DNA of 64,000 nucleotides, from the NCBI GenBank assembly GCA_964270895.1, contig OZ185437.1; one strand, written 5' to 3'. This DNA comes from Podarcis filfolensis. Lineage: Eukaryota. A program made the translations under genes and the position numbers. The notes beneath the pieces were generated by a model. That model had not been told where the DNA came from and searched no databases. It saw only the letters and a list, made by a program, of their open reading frames with translations. This document shows positions 12,720 through 27,026 of this stretch, one piece after another. Position 1 is the stretch's first letter. Every line of letters begins with the position of its first letter.

Positions 12720-14711
12720 CCATAATGCATGAAACTGAGGGGGGAAATGCATGAAACTGTGACTAGGTGCCACATGTCCCTGCTCAGTCTGCTCTCCAGG
12801 TGCTAACCATTAATCGGAAACTTCAGGGCCCCCACTCTACCTTGATCTTTAAACGGACTGAACAGCCCTTCAGTTAAAGAACTCTAGGACTGTCCTATCT
12901 AAATAATGACAAGTGGGCATCCTAGACTGGAGAGTTATGCTAATTTAGATGAATGACTTGTGCACTGCCCTATATATACAGGGCCATCAGGATTGTTCCT
13001 GCTTCTGCTCCTCTGTGCTAGCCACCCACAGCAAAAACAGCCCGAGGAAGGCAAGGAAGCAACTTTCTTTCTTATGCCTTCTGTCAGGGGAGGGGGGCAA
13101 AATTTAGCCTCACGTTGGGTGCCATATTATCAAAGTCCAACCCTATTTCAGACCCTCTGCCTTGAACTCCACTCTTTCACACCTACAAGACCTTCAGCTT
13201 CTCAACCTCTTCCTTCATGCCTGCCGTTTCCCCGTTTTGCTCTACCAAATAGTAGGCCTAGAGCCTTTCAACAGGTACGCCTCACTTTCTGCAAAGCATC
13301 ACCAGGGCTGGCTCTTCTTGTTTATGCCAGCCTTGATATGGAATAGTGGTGAAGAGTCCCTGCACCAGGTCTACATCTATTCATCGCTTGGGCCACAGGT
13401 TTACACATTTGACATGGAATTTTCTGTGATTTCCTACTGGGTATTAAAATGTTAAGAATACACAAATATGAATATTCAGTGAGTTCTTAGAATTTAATAT
13501 ACAATATGTACAGAACTTGTGGCAAACAGTATGATGTATTTGAAATTCAGATTTTAAATGCAGATTCTGTACCAGCTTATATTCACCATCACTTTGTAAA
13601 TTGTTTGGAGATTATTTTTTTCTGTGTTCTATTCTCGTGAGAGTGGTTTCTTTCAAGAATCTAAAACCATGACAGTCGAAGAAATTATACTTTAAGACTT
13701 GAGAAAAATTGTGATCAGATAAGGAAAAAATCCAGGCACTAGTGGAAAACCCAAGTCATTGTTATGATTGACTTTGCAGTCGTAGCATTGGTTGAATATA
13801 AGTTTGGTTTAGATACATATATTGTGTTCACCTTGCCAACTGCATTTTACATTCCCTTTGATTCTATACTTAGCCAGCATCAAAGTGCTTCCCAACCTAG
13901 TCATCTGGGAGCTTGGCTACAGACATTTCTTCATTTACACGGAAAGGTGAATTTTGACTGACACTGCATTGGTGCTGGGCTGCTATCTCCAGAGGTTTTA
14001 TACATTCTCACAGAACAGGCTACCACAGGCACTGGCATGGAAAAGTTTCTCATACGTTGCTCTCAGAATATCTTAAGTCCCCCCCCCCCCCGAATGAGAA
14101 TGCTGCAGTATTCCCCATCCTGGGGGAAAAACAACCTTAAGATAAACTGAGCACTGTAATGTTGCAAACGCCACATATTTATGAATTGTTAGCCAGATGC
14201 AACTATTAAAAATATATATATTATTTTTGGTATTTTGGATAATTGCACTCTAGTTCATTGGTGTTTTTAATAACTATTTGTTACAATATTTTCTTCTGTC
14301 ATTTTATAAATGCACATTTGTAACTGGCTGAATCTTTTGTCTTTTACAAAGGTCTCTAAACAATATTCAGCAGTGTGTGTTAGCCAGCATCTAACTAGAT
14401 TGTATTAGGAGGTGGAAAAATCCATAATTCATTACCAGCCTAGTGATACTTCTTTAAATTATTTTTGCCTCACTATGGGCACAATCGAAAAAGTGATCTT
14501 CTCCTTCACATGATCCATTACAATGAATGGTAGCTGCAGAGTTTTACAGTTAGGCAACTGCTATCAATTTCAACAGAGCTTGACCTGGAGATGTACCTGG
14601 TGAATTATGCTCTGTAACTTAAACGTCTGGTTGGTAAAGTTACTGTTACCACAGTGTTTTAAAGGCAGAATGTAAGGAACCAACATGCAAGTCTTATGCC
14701 AGTATTTATGT

Positions 14712-15067
14712 TAGGTGTGGGGGACCATGTTAAACTCAAGTGCTACATTCAGTTCTGGACAACCTTCCAGGATCTGCATGCCAGTGGTATGTGGGACCAG
14801 AGACAAAAGTGTACAGGGCAATGAATGTGAATGTTACCTTTGTACAGTAGACTTGTTTCTACACAAATTCCTACACCACTCTTTATCCTCCGCCCAGATA
14901 AGCAAGAGGTATTATCAGAGTTCAAGGACACATTCCAGCCAGGCAAAAACCTTTGGGTGGGGAGTGTGGCTGAAAAGAGGGTGTGACTTGAGAAGAGTCT
15001 TGAGAGCCTGGATAGAGACCCCTGCGGGGGCCACATTTTATTTCCTGGCCTGAGGTTTCCCATCCTC
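14712..15067 (-). mobile_element. hAT-type non-autonomous element (same family as 10997)
   Basis: Reverse-complement homology (ttatcagagttcaaggacacattccagccaggcaaaaa); ends gtttcccatcctc. Confidence 0.65.
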
Positions 15068-16287
15068 AATTTATTCCTGTGAATGCATCATAGTTTTATC
15101 TGGAATGAAAAGAACCATGAAACTACTTCCCTGAACTTAAGAGGGCTTTGAGCTTATATTTCTCAAACAGCAATCCCCCTGACGAACTGAAATGGGGGGA
15201 ACCGAAAAACAGTTTGTCTGAAGCATTCAAAGAAATAAAGTTAAAAAATAATAACCACAAGGTCCAACTCATTGACCATACTTAAAGTGGCATTTTCAAG
15301 TCTGGCCAATACATAAAATGTTCATCGGGGCTTTGTTTGAGCTAAGGCTCCCCAGGCTCAGTCTTGCCTGAAGCTGTTTGTCAAGAGTCAATCATCATTT
15401 GACATCACAGATTCTCCCAATGCTGCATCATATTTACAAAGTATTGGGAATTCATTTTTTGGGCAGGCAGGTCCTCGGATTTTGACATAGCCTAACACTG
15501 CTTGGCAGAATTTCTGGGATCTTTCATGACCAGAACAGAAGGTCACAACAGCAGCATTTTCAGAACTTGTAGTTGAATCCATTTATGAAGAAAGAGGAAC
15601 CCATATTCCCAGTACTAGAGTAGTAAGAATGGGACATAATTTTGAATGTCATGGTTTCAGCCTAGAAAAGAATGTTTGGACCCCCTCTGCCAAGTCCTTG
15701 AGCCAGTCCCCATATAATGAGTTTATGGGGCAGGACTTCCACACAGGTTGTGGCTTTCAAGCAGCCTTGAGTTCAGACACCACTCTCTCTCTTTAAATGA
15801 AATTAACCATTCTTGCTTGTGTAACGTCAGAAGAATTTTCTGGCTACTTCTACAACCTTTTAAAAATAAACTCTAGAGGCAGGAAGTATCATTCCTTTTA
15901 TCTGAACAGCAAAGTAAATTAAAACAATTTATGAAAGATCCAAGTTTATTACTTTTGTGCTGTGCCAGGTTTGCTAAAATAAAAGCTGGCAGAAACATCT
16001 ACTTAACACTGGAATAGCCGTCACTGGAAGCAGCAATAAAATGAAACAACTTATATAAATAGTGAGTTAGTATTGCCTTTCTCTTTTCATTTTCTTGCCT
16101 AAACCATAATACTGTATTGCTCTTAATTTTAATTGAATTTTTAAAATGTATTAAACCCCTTAGTGGTGCACTTATACGCTCTGTGTAAACCACACATTAT
16201 TTTGGGATGTGCTGAATCTTTCAATATTGCCAGGATTATATCATTCTTTAATGGCTATTACATTCTGCTCACTTCCTCTGCTATCAG

Positions 16288-16420
16288 GCTGACCTTGGGC
16301 TAGTCACACTTCTCTGAAGTCTCTCAGCCCCACTCACCTCACAGAGTGTTTGTTGTGGGGGAGGAAGGGAAAGGAGAATGTTAGCCGCTTTGAGACTCCT
16401 AAGGGTAGTGATAAAGCGGG
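16288..16420 (+). mobile_element. tRNA-derived squamate SINE 3' part, truncated by gap
   Basis: gaccttgggctagtcac...ctctcagccccactcacctcacagagtgtttgttgtgg; resembles 51402-51500. Confidence 0.7.
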
Positions 16421-16600
16421 NNNNNNNNNNNNNNNNNNNNNNNNNNNNNNNNNNNNNNNNNNNNNNNNNNNNNNNNNNNNNNNNNNNNNNNNNNNNNNNN
16501 NNNNNNNNNNNNNNNNNNNNNNNNNNNNNNNNNNNNNNNNNNNNNNNNNNNNNNNNNNNNNNNNNNNNNNNNNNNNNNNNNNNNNNNNNNNNNNNNNNNN
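16421..16600. other. Assembly gap (180 N)
   Basis: Run of N. Confidence 1.
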
Positions 16601-18029
16601 TTTCAGTCATTTGTAGTAGAAGATTTTTAAATATTGGCTTACCCATGCATGCTTGCTCCCCAGATATAATTATCATGTTTTAAGAAATAGTTTTTGAAAT
16701 TAATTTTTTTAAGAGTGATAACTGTATGAGAAGCATGCTAGCAAGAAAAAGAGATAGTCAACATGAAATCTTAAGCCCTTCTGTAATTTTGAGTAAAGTT
16801 TTGTAATCTCATATCCATGCCACTAGAAAGTTAATCTACATTGGCTGTGCTTGTGACTATTTCATATCTATCTATATTTCAATATCTATATCTATCTATA
16901 TTTGAAAGATCTCAGGTAAGTGAGGGGTTTCTCTTTGTATGTGAATTGTTCAGACTGTACATAGGAGCTACATGAAAGTTCAAAGAAAGCTATTCATTTC
17001 CCTGTCTGTAATGCAGAAGAGCAATGAGGAGCATGGCTAGGTCAATGCATGTTGTCAGAGCAGTCCTAGATTCCATTCACCAGTACAAGCTGTATCTTAT
17101 TTTTCTTTTTGAAGAATGTGGACCTGTACAGGTTATCAGAGTAGATGTTCTTAATAGGTTCACATGGGGTAACATGCAAACTGGCTCTGAGAAACAAGAC
17201 CCAAAGTGAACAATGAAGGTGGGGAAGGATTATGTAGGCTTAACAGGTTTAGTTCCCACCCCAAAGCTATCCTTAATTGTGTATCTTGACTTTTCCCCAT
17301 ATAACAGATCAGCTGTCATTCATACCTATGAGAAAATATGAAGCATTGCACTTGTGGACATTGGCATAAAAGTAAAAATTATCCCCTATCTTACATTTGG
17401 AAGTCTAGTCTCAACTCTAGAGATGGGGATTGCAATGTGCTTCTTTTCTAATAAGTCCTTGTCTTTCAGTAACATCCTACATTAGTTCAATGAGTCTTAT
17501 TCCAAGGTAAGTTTCTATAACATGGGTCACCAATGCAGCAGGCACACATGAATCCACAGGGTATTGTTTTTCCTGTTCCCCTTGTAATTAAAATTAGGCT
17601 TGAAAAAGGTCTTCTACCAAAGGCTACACAGTTGGTTCATAAAATGGACATAAGATTGAATAGATAAAGGCTTGTTATCCAGGAGATACTTGGAGATACT
17701 TTTTATAGTAAGTGGTTTTTCTAGTAAGTGGTGTATAAATTGATTAAATAAATAAATCGCAGCTAAATCAAGAGAAGTGGTACTCAGACCCCTACATCTA
17801 AGTGTACTCATGTACCAAACCCCTTCCCATTTGATTCCCCACATGTGCTCATCTATGTTCTTCATATTTTTATCCCAGAAACTGATTCTATATCCTTATC
17901 CAGACAATTACGACTAAAACACACAATCAGTATAAATATTAAAAAGCAAAATTAAATAAATAGACCCTTATTAAAAACAGCCCTGCAAACACAACCATTA
18001 AAAGCACACACATATGTGGATGTACAATA

Positions 18030-18250
18030 TCCACCCACAACAGCCAATTTCTGGCCAAGGGTCTGTTTGAACAAACAAACAAAATTCTTTGACTGCTTGT
18101 GAAAGGAAAGCAGAGAGAGGGCTCCCCTAGCTTTTCATGGAAGGACGTTCCACCATCTGGGAGCAGTTCCTGAGAAGGCCCTCTCTCATGTTCTTGCCAA
18201 GTGTGCCTGTGAAGGTGGTGGTATACTAAGAGAAAGCCTTCCCCAGAAGA
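18030..18250 (-). mobile_element. Old L2 3' fragment
   Basis: gttccaccatctgggagcagttcctgagaaggccctctc resembles the other L2 copies in the window. Confidence 0.55.
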
Positions 18251-20042
18251 TGACTTAATTTTTCATAAATATTTATCTGTGCCTCTAAACTTAGTGAAAA
18301 GGAAGTGTAATTGTGTATGTCCCAAGATGGCAATCAAATATTTAAAACATCCCAATTATCTGGAAGTAAAGCTCTAGCTGAAGTAAACTAACAGTATGTG
18401 TGTTTATATTTTTCAAAGCACCTATAGGAAAATACAAAGCCATACATGTTTTCATTCAGAAAACAAATTTCCCTTAATAGAGGAAATGGGGGAAGAAACC
18501 ATTATTTTTACTAGACAACTAATCTTTATCCTGTTGCATAGGTAAACATACATTACTCTCAAATTAGCAGCATTCCATAATAAAAAATTCCAGTTTCAGC
18601 AAGTTTATTTTCTGCTGAGCATTATGAAATTTAATACAGAGGTAATGTTTTATTGACGCTTGTTTTTGGTGACCTTTTATGTCTTGCGTTTGTGACATAT
18701 TGGTCCTCTGTCTCCAATACTATGGAATTCTAATGGCTAGAATGGAATGGGTCAGATAATGAAAGTCTCTGGTACATTAACTTTCAATTTCATGAATGTC
18801 TGAATACTGTATGGAAGATAAATAACAGGCATTTTCTTGCTTGTACATGTTAACATTTTATAAGCTGGTTATATTCTCTGCTGTATTACTTAACAGCAGG
18901 CTGTATGTTATGAGAGTAAAATGAGTATGTACATTTTTGACAAGGATAAGATTGCATAATAGCTTGTAACTTTTAGGAGAATCCGGTAGGAGAATATGCT
19001 GAGTAAGGTGTTCTAAATGTACATTTCATTTTGCTTAATGTAGGTGAATATTGTCCTTACCTATTGCTCTTTGCAGGAAAGTTTTGTTTGGCTTAAGAGG
19101 CTGACTTGGTTTTGACACTTTTCATAGTATATTTTGGGCTGGATGCTAAACTTAAAAGAATGCAAAACTTACAGATGTTAAACTTTTTTAAAAAAACAAA
19201 AATGTAACTCAGTTTGTCAATTAGAACAAGTCAAAGGGACAGTAAAATAATATATTTTTATGGACCAACTGAAATTCATAAAATGCTATGTGAGCCTTTG
19301 AGTTGCACAGATCACTTCCTTTGGCTGAATATAAAAAGAACAGCAAAAATATATATGGGAGTATTACTTCAAACTTGAAATGGTAGCAGAGAAAACCAAA
19401 ATATCGCAGACCTGTGATTGGTATAATGAATAAATCTCAAGTTGCATAGAAATATTCTGAAACAGGAAAACAAAGGCAACGGGGGGGGGGGGCTCTCACT
19501 TTAGACAAATCCATAGCTGCTGGGGCACCTGGCAGAAGGAGTTCCCAATGTCTCTTAGATGAATCCACTGAGCCAGGAAGCATCAGACACCAATCATAGT
19601 CCTGAGCTGACAGGACTATCAGTGCCCATACCTTAAATATGAGGTCTTATACTGGTGGCCTTAGATTGTGAGGTCCTTTTCAGTAAGCCTCTCTGCTACC
19701 AGGTCTTACCAGTTCAAGAAAAGGGAGGATTGGCAGGGAGTGCTACAGTGCCATAGCGAGCAATTATGAATTAGTCCAAATTCAAGAGGTTTTGTGTTCA
19801 GTTATAATTTGCCCCTGTTACACATTTTGTCACCATCGCCAGTCTTTTTTCAGATCGGTTTTTTTTCTGGTCACCATGAATTCTCTAGCTTTATTCAGGA
19901 ATTCAGCTTAACATGTGAGGGCACAAACTATGTAGGAAGCATGTGGGCATGTGTGCTAGTCCTGTTCAGCATCTCTTCATTTGACAAGCCTGTCCCCTTT
20001 ATTCCTGACCTTTACACATTCAGTGCAAAGGTCTGATTAGAG

Positions 20043-20353
20043 CAGGGGTTGGAAAACCTTTTCAGCAGGGGGCTGGTCCACTGTCCCTCAGACAGGGGCC
20101 GGACTATATGGGGGGGGGATGAATCAATTCCTATGCCACACAAATAACCCAGAGATGCATTTTAAATAAAAGCACACATTTTACTCAGTTAAAGACACCA
20201 GGCAGGCCCCACAAATAACCCAGAGATGCATTTTAAATAAAAGGACACATTCTACTCATGTAAAAACACGCTGATTCCCGGACTGTCCGCAGGCCGGATT
20301 TAGAAGGCAATTGGACCGGATCTGGCCCCCAGGCCTTAGTTTGCCTACCCAAG
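20043..20353 (+). mobile_element. hAT (Charlie/Buster-type) non-autonomous element
   Basis: Perfect 8-bp TSD GATTAGAG (20035-20042, 20354-20361); imperfect TIRs; internal duplicated ~50-bp block cacaaataacccagagatgcattttaaataaaag; same family as 25709. Confidence 0.9.
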
Positions 20354-22029
20354 GATTAGAGGTTTGAAGGCCATCTTTTCATGTAATCAAATTTACTAAG
20401 CCAAACAATAGTTTAGCATGGATATATAGTGGTTTCTGGAGAGAAGATTGCAGCTACTGAGCTCCCTCCTCACTACTGCTGCTACTGTCTCCCCCAGACA
20501 AACCATGAGTGGTAAACAAAGAACAAACCTTGGAGAGACAAACCTGGGGCCCAGGTTCAGACATAGTGCAAAACCATGGCTAGCGTGCCCTGGGCTACAG
20601 GGGAACAGGGGAAGAAGTGCAGTGACCATAATCTTCTCTCTGGAAATCTGCACATTTGCTTGTTCTTCCAAAACCATGGTTTGCCTTAGTGTTACATGCA
20701 AGCTGAGAACAAGTGTGTTCAGCTGAATACATGTAGAAGCCTCCTCATGAGTCACAATGGGGAATTTTGCTGGGGCCTACAGACATCTCACATTTCCTAC
20801 ACTGTTTAGCTGAATGTTTGACTAGAGCTTCTTTTACGTCTCAGGTACATGTCCTGAATTACAACTACCAGTAAAGCAAACGTTGTGCCTGCTATTCCTG
20901 TGTCAAATCCTGTCCAACTTTTGTCCTACATCTGATTTTACATTGGAACTGATCAAGCCAAGGGTTAATTTCCTTGAACCTAATGAACCTAATTCCACAT
21001 GTGTCACATGCACTGATTGACATCTGACACAGGTTAATTGTTTTTGCACATGTGATGATACTACAAAAAGTGTGACAATCTGTTCTACCTTTAGATTTAA
21101 GGACACACTCTTATTTCTGATTCCTTAAAGCACAGATAAGGGGAAAGACTCCCCAGCTCAGCTAGGGAGGTTTTCTTTCCCTTTTTTGTGGTAGGTTTCC
21201 AGTCATGATAGATTTATACTGTTGGATTACTGTTGGGCACCAGTGTCTTCTTTCTTAAAATCCTGACTTTCCAGATTAGATGAAAAATGTAGTCAGATGT
21301 TAGAAACTTTTCAATAATGAACAAGGTCTCCTGTTGACCAGCAGAAGTTGGACTGCAATATTCTTTAAATGCAATTTTTTTTGGGGGGGGGGGGTAACGT
21401 ACTTTATTTTTAACTATAAAGAAATACATACATATATATAAAAAAACCTATATATATATTTTCCCTTTGCACTTTTGAATTCATTGGTATTGGACAGCGA
21501 CATCCTTAAATGTGCATTCCTACAAGATATATTCAGAGCAGTTCCACAATGTATGCATGTTCAGTGCTGAGGCAAGGTTTTCTTCTGCATATTCAATAAA
21601 TGCTGCTTGTACGTCATGCAATTTGAGTGGCTTATCTCCCAGTGACAGTATGAGCTTCATCATTATCAGTCTTTCCCATACTTAAGCAAAACACAAATCT
21701 AGAGCTGTCCTCATTTTTTCCTTTTCCAGACAAATGTTGTTGAACATTTAGGTGTAGTATTTTAATTTAGAATCTTGTATTTGGGTTGGTTTACTAGGTG
21801 GGTTTCCCTGGTGCCATTGGACCCTTTCTGTAAACTCCCACGAGGTCACATGTGTTAGCTCTGCTGTACTGTAGCTTAATGGAGTGGTGTGCGATCACAT
21901 GCGGAGATAAGCAGGTTATCCCTTATTACAGGTCAATTATAGTTGAAGCAAGGAACTATTTTTAAAAGTGCCCAAGTGTCTTTGACACTCCTCAGGCAAA
22001 GGAATGTACACGGCCTGTAGTTAATTATT

Positions 22030-22750
22030 TATTGTCAGAAGCAATCACTTACAGTAGTTTCTACAAGACATTGAGTACACGGGCACACAAGTTCTAGCAT
22101 CTAGGCAGCTGTTCCCAGTCTGCATCCAAGGGAGCAGTTAAAGTTACAGGGTATCATAGACTGGCTGGATGCAGAGGAGTGTCCTTCTGGCCAAATTCTT
22201 ATCCAGGAACTCCTGTGCGCCTCTGGGAGTAGCTTGACCGTGCAATTGTATGGCAGGTGTGGAGGCAACTTGTCTGCCTCCTCGTAGAACATATCCCTGA
22301 AGAAGTGGTACTCGGGTAGAAGTTGACCCTCCTAGCCTGTAAGCAGCCTTGGTAGAGTGTTGGCCTCAGATCTTCAGAACTCCGTCTGCCCACTCATGCA
22401 GCCCATGACTCCTTGTGGCTCTTTGCAGCCCCCCATGACTCCTCACAGCTCCTCAGGGCCACTCATGGCCCTCAGTACTTCCTGTGGCTGCAGCAACTTC
22501 TTGTGGCTGTTCACACCACTCTTCTGCATGGCAGTGGCTCTGGCAGCGCTCAGACCTAAAGACCATTGAGTACTAGACCCAGGCGATGCAGGAATCATGT
22601 TGAGTGAGCCAGGTCATTCCCAGCACCAGGGGGTAGGTGACCAGTTTGGCCAAGGAAAACACAGCTTCCTCGCAATGTGCTGGCAGTTGAGAGTTAATTG
22701 AATGGTCAGATGCATGGCAGTCGTGGAGACCAGTAATCCTCAGCAGTCAG
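22030..22750 (-). mobile_element. Decayed Ty3/Gypsy internal fragment
   Basis: Minus-strand peptides LPEYHFFRDMFYEEADKLPPHLPYNCTVKLLPEA and, after a frameshift/deletion, QEFLDKNLARR match the Gypsy protease-RT junction motif (LPPHRPYDCAIDLLPG...EFLDKNL). Confidence 0.75.
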
Positions 22751-23939
22751 GAGAATTCTACAAAACCTTTTGATGTTAGAAAACTTTGTGAAGCCACATT
22801 TGAAAGCAGAAGATGCTTTTGTGTTCAAATGTTCTTCTTACTCAGAATTGAATAGATAGTTGCTTAATATCAAATAATACTGTCGCTGCAGAGTCATCAA
22901 AATATTCCCATTGAGAACCATGTTTTGCTAAGAAGAGATGGCATAGTGGGTGGGGAAAATCTGATGCATTCATTATAGCCTCATTCAGTGCCCACATCTT
23001 TAAAAAAAACACTGGATGCAAAGTGATTAGCGTCAGTACTAGTTTCATCCTTTGAGACTGATGGATCTGAATGAATAGGGTGGTTAACAAGCTGGGAATT
23101 TGGCCAACATGCAGTGTCTAAATAGAAATTGAAGTTGACTTCCTCATTACAGGGAGGTCTTTGGTTTCTATAGTACATTCTGAAACCAATCCAAGATGTG
23201 TGCGTCCCCTCGAGAGAGAAAAAAGGGGTTCTGAGTTTTAAAAAAAGTAACCTCGAAGGGTTTATATTAAATGAGATTCCATATAAGATTGTATGAAACA
23301 TGATGCCAACAGCAGGGTCATTCACTTCGGGAATGTTTCATCATTTTATGGTGGCAGCAGCTGAGTCAGTTCACCATGCATCTCTGAGACAAATTATATG
23401 TCACATTTTTCAATTCACACTTTTCAGCATTATTTATGATGTTGTATGAGAATCCTAAACATTCTGAGACTGGGTGGAATCTTCAGCTCATAGTGGCAAC
23501 TAATTCCTTTTTAAAAAAGCTTTTTTTGTGTGGAAATGAAAGCAGGACATTAGGTTTGATCATTGTCCGACTGATGTTGTTGCTTAGGGAGTGAATATAA
23601 AAATCTGAAGCAAAAAATAAAAGCAAGATGTAGCAGTTGTGTAAGATGTGCCTTTTAGGAAAAGTAAATGTGATCTATTACATAGCAAGCTGGAGTGCTA
23701 AGAGACCCCTGCCCTGGATGCATGTGAAATGACAGTAATAGTAATGTGCTGCACTTGGATGGTCCCAATATAGTTTGTATAACACAATGGCTGCATATGA
23801 TGATGAATAATTGTAATTTATATAAAAATCAATATTAAAAAGGGAAGAAATTGTAGAATCTGTTTACCAAGGCAAGCCTTCACAAGGCAGTTAAAAAAAA
23901 TATATTGTTGACTAGTCCATTTCATCCCCTGCCCCAAGC

Positions 23940-25500
23940 TGCAAATCAAAGTCCTGTCACAAGTCTTTATCTGGGGATACAGTATCTGCTTCAGGATCAG
24001 TTGGCCCAGTCTACCCAAGTTGGTGGCCAGGAATTCCCCTCTCTACTTACTCTCAATTTCTCTCAAACACCTCATGGGCCCAAGCAAAGAGAGGTAACCC
24101 TCCCAATGGCTCTTGCCCTCCAGACTCATGGGACCCTGAGTATCCTTTGTTGCTGGGACCTGCTTAAAGGCTTCTCCCAGTACAGAGACTGGTCTCCACC
24201 TCACAAGGCTATATTGGGGTGCCCAAGGGGTATAGTCATTGGAGGGTTTTATCTCACCCAATTCAGCAGTCACTGGCTGCTCCCCTGGTGCATTTTCCTC
24301 CACCACTATTCCCTCGGGTGCTCCTGCATGTTTACCTGCACCTCCAAGTCTTCCTGCTGCATCTCTTCTTCTGTCATCTCTGCAGGCACTGATTCCTCTT
24401 GCTCATATATGCACACCTCTTGAATATCCTCCTGCACTGCTGGCACACATGGAATAAAGAGATTTATAAGCAGCCGCTCTTCACCACTCTCTTGCAGTTT
24501 GCTGTTCTCTGAGGCAGTTTCCTCCTACACCCCCTCTTCCAACATCAGGCTCGCAAGGGGTAAAGAAATCAATCAGAAGCAGCTCCTCAGTTCCTCAGCT
24601 CTAGTCAGCTCACCCTTCTCTGAAGCATTCTCTTCCCCCTTGCCTTCAGCTACTGACTGCATCTCTTTGCAGTCCCAGCCCCTCAGCTGGATGCCTTGCA
24701 GCTGGGCTCCTGGGTCACTTTCAACCCTCCATCTCATCAGGCAGGGGTCTCACCTCATATGAAGTCACACCTTTATTTCCAAAGAGGCTTCTCACTCTGC
24801 TTGCAACTGCTCCATTTTACCGAACCACTGACAATACTGTTACTCTAGCTCATCAAACTGCTGGCTTTGTTGCTGCCCCATTTTGTCAAGCATCTGGTCT
24901 CGCTGCTCCACTGGCTGCTGCTGCTGCTGCTGCTGCTGGTGGTGGTGGTGGTGGTGGTGGACCATCAACCTGACCTGCTGTTCCCTCCATTTCAACTCAG
25001 GGACACCTCATTCAGAGGCCCTCCTCCAGGAAACATAAATCCCACTCCTGACTCCAGTGTTGCATGCCACCCCAGTCTCCAGAAGGTGTGAGATTCTCAG
25101 AGTTCCAGGCACTTACCCAGGATTTGGTTTTCTCATAATAACGGGCAGCAGAGACTGTGGTGTCTTTAGGATATATGGTTTATCACACATGTATACAAGC
25201 CTGTGATGGGGGGGGGGTGTCTCACACTATTAACACCACAAGAAGGTTTTGCTTCTCCCATATCCACAGCCTTGGATTCCAGCATAAATCAAGCATGTCT
25301 CTCCCTTACAGACTTCAGCCTGCTTCTAGCTTCTAGCTCTCACATGCCTGAACTTTGTCTTTCTAACTACCAACCAGTTGAGGTAGGGGGGCCTACCCAT
25401 ATTTTTTTCTTGACACAGAGCCACTTCCTTTGTTACCTTAATGACACATACTTACGGGGCCATTACCAAGAATAGGCCTGGCTATTCCAACAATGTAATG
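23940..25500 (-). mobile_element. Decayed LTR-retrotransposon gag-like region plus probable LTR remnant
   Basis: GC-richer block; minus-strand E/Q-rich coiled-coil-like frames with many stops starting near ATG GAG GGA ACA at ~24991; family not firmly identified. Confidence 0.45.
24915..24960. repeat. Compound trinucleotide (CTG)8(GTG)7
   Basis: Read directly from the sequence. Confidence 0.9.
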
Positions 25501-25708
25501 CTTGCATGATCCAGAAATTAGAAGGGACTCAGGCATACAGCCTCTCCCCCCCCCCCCCGCACCGCACAATAAAAACTCACAACACTCAGTTAAAAACAAA
25601 ACAACTGGAAACATAATAAAAACAGTACCAGAGAAAATAATATACAGATAGCCCCAATTTTTTAAAAAAGATCATTTGTATATTCATAATCATCATATCT
25701 CCTTAGGG

Positions 25709-25958
25709 CATAGGTAGGCAAACTAAGGCCTGGGGGCCGGATCTGGCCCAATCGCCTTCTAAATCTGGCCCACGGACAGTCCGGGAATCAGCGTGTTTTT
25801 ACATGAGTAGAATATGTGCTTTTATTTCAAAGGCATCTCTGGGTTATTTGTGGGACATAGGAATTTGTTCATTTTTTCCCCAAAATATAGTCCAGCCCCC
25901 CCACAAGGTCTGAGGGACAGTGGACTGGCCCCCTGCTGAAAAAGTTTGCTGACCCCTG
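25709..25958 (-). mobile_element. hAT (Charlie/Buster-type) non-autonomous element
   Basis: Reverse-complement homolog of 20043-20353; TSD CCTTAGGG / CCTTAAGG (7/8). Confidence 0.9.
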
Positions 25959-26080
25959 CCTTAAGGTCTGCTTTAAGAATGCAAGAGAGGGAGCCATGCA
26001 GACATCAGGGGAGAGGAAATTCTACAAGTGTGGAGCCACCACTGAAAGGGTCCCTGTTACCCACAAATCTGACTAAACTT

Positions 26081-26147
26081 AAAGGTAAGGGGTAAAGGGA
26101 CCCCTGACCATTAGGTCCAGTCGTGGCCAACTCTGGGGTTGTGGCGC
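26081..26147 (-). mobile_element. Sauria SINE 3' fragment
   Basis: aaaggtaaggggtaaagggacccctgaccattaggtccagtcgtgg matches 53021-53085. Confidence 0.85.
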
Positions 26148-26904
26148 AATGGGCAAAAATGGATCTTTCACCATTTTTGCTATATTTGTTTCACCAAATG
26201 TTTCATTGTCCTCCTTTGCTCAGTATACCAAGGAGGTAAGAAGGCTCTCTGGGTTTGGGTGAGAATATTTGGAAGCAATTACTTCAGTGCCCTGTGCCAT
26301 CACCTCACTCCAAGGAGATACTCAGTTCAGAGGAGGATCAAGCAGGAAGAAATAACCCTAGACATTCATGTGTGCAAGCAGGGAGAAAACATGCAACCCA
26401 ACATAGATTTTGAATATTTTTACTGCAGCTAGTTTTAAATAGAAAAGGTGATTGACTGCAGAAAAAAGAAAACCCCTCACTCTATGCATGCTTCTTCTCT
26501 GCCTGCGCAATAGCTCTGTAGGATTGTAGCCTAACTCTGAGTCATTAGAGGAAATTGCATACTTCAGCAACTAGGCCTACATACTAGAAGATCACTGCCC
26601 ACTCTTCTTACCAAATTGAAAAGGATAGCTAATGCCATTATTTGTGACTGATGGCATTTCACACAGCCAGGAATTCAAACTCTAGCAACTGAAATGGGAA
26701 TGAAGCATCACCTGCAGTAAATTTGATCTATTTGCATTTTAAGTGCTGAGTGTAGCAGATTACATTACTCAGCTTTGACCTACTGGTGGCATAGAACTAT
26801 ATTTAACTGCTACTGCTATGATTACTATTATCATTAATTGTTATTATTTTGCACCCCAAAACATTCTAGCACATAATTAGTAAAGAACAACTTATTACTC
26901 AAAG

Positions 26905-27026
26905 CAGGCATGGGGTAACTGTGGCCCTCCAGTTATTGTTGTGCCACAACTTCCATGAGCCCCAGTCAACATGGCCAATGGTTGGGGGTGATAGAAAATC
27001 TGGAGGGCCACAAATCAGAAACCCTA
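26905..27026. mobile_element. Old hAT MITE
   Basis: caggcatggggtaactgtggccctccag...ctggagggccac inverted ends; similar to 45073 and 48674. Confidence 0.55.

Noticed and set aside
15179-15210. Hammerhead-like CTGACGA...GAAA
   Set aside because: The intervening sequence cannot form stem II and there is no stem I/III pairing. The same applies to CTGATGA near 9146.
23905-24762. Plus-strand 172-aa and neighbouring ORFs as host genes
   Set aside because: Antisense to a decayed gag-like retroelement region; no recognisable domain.
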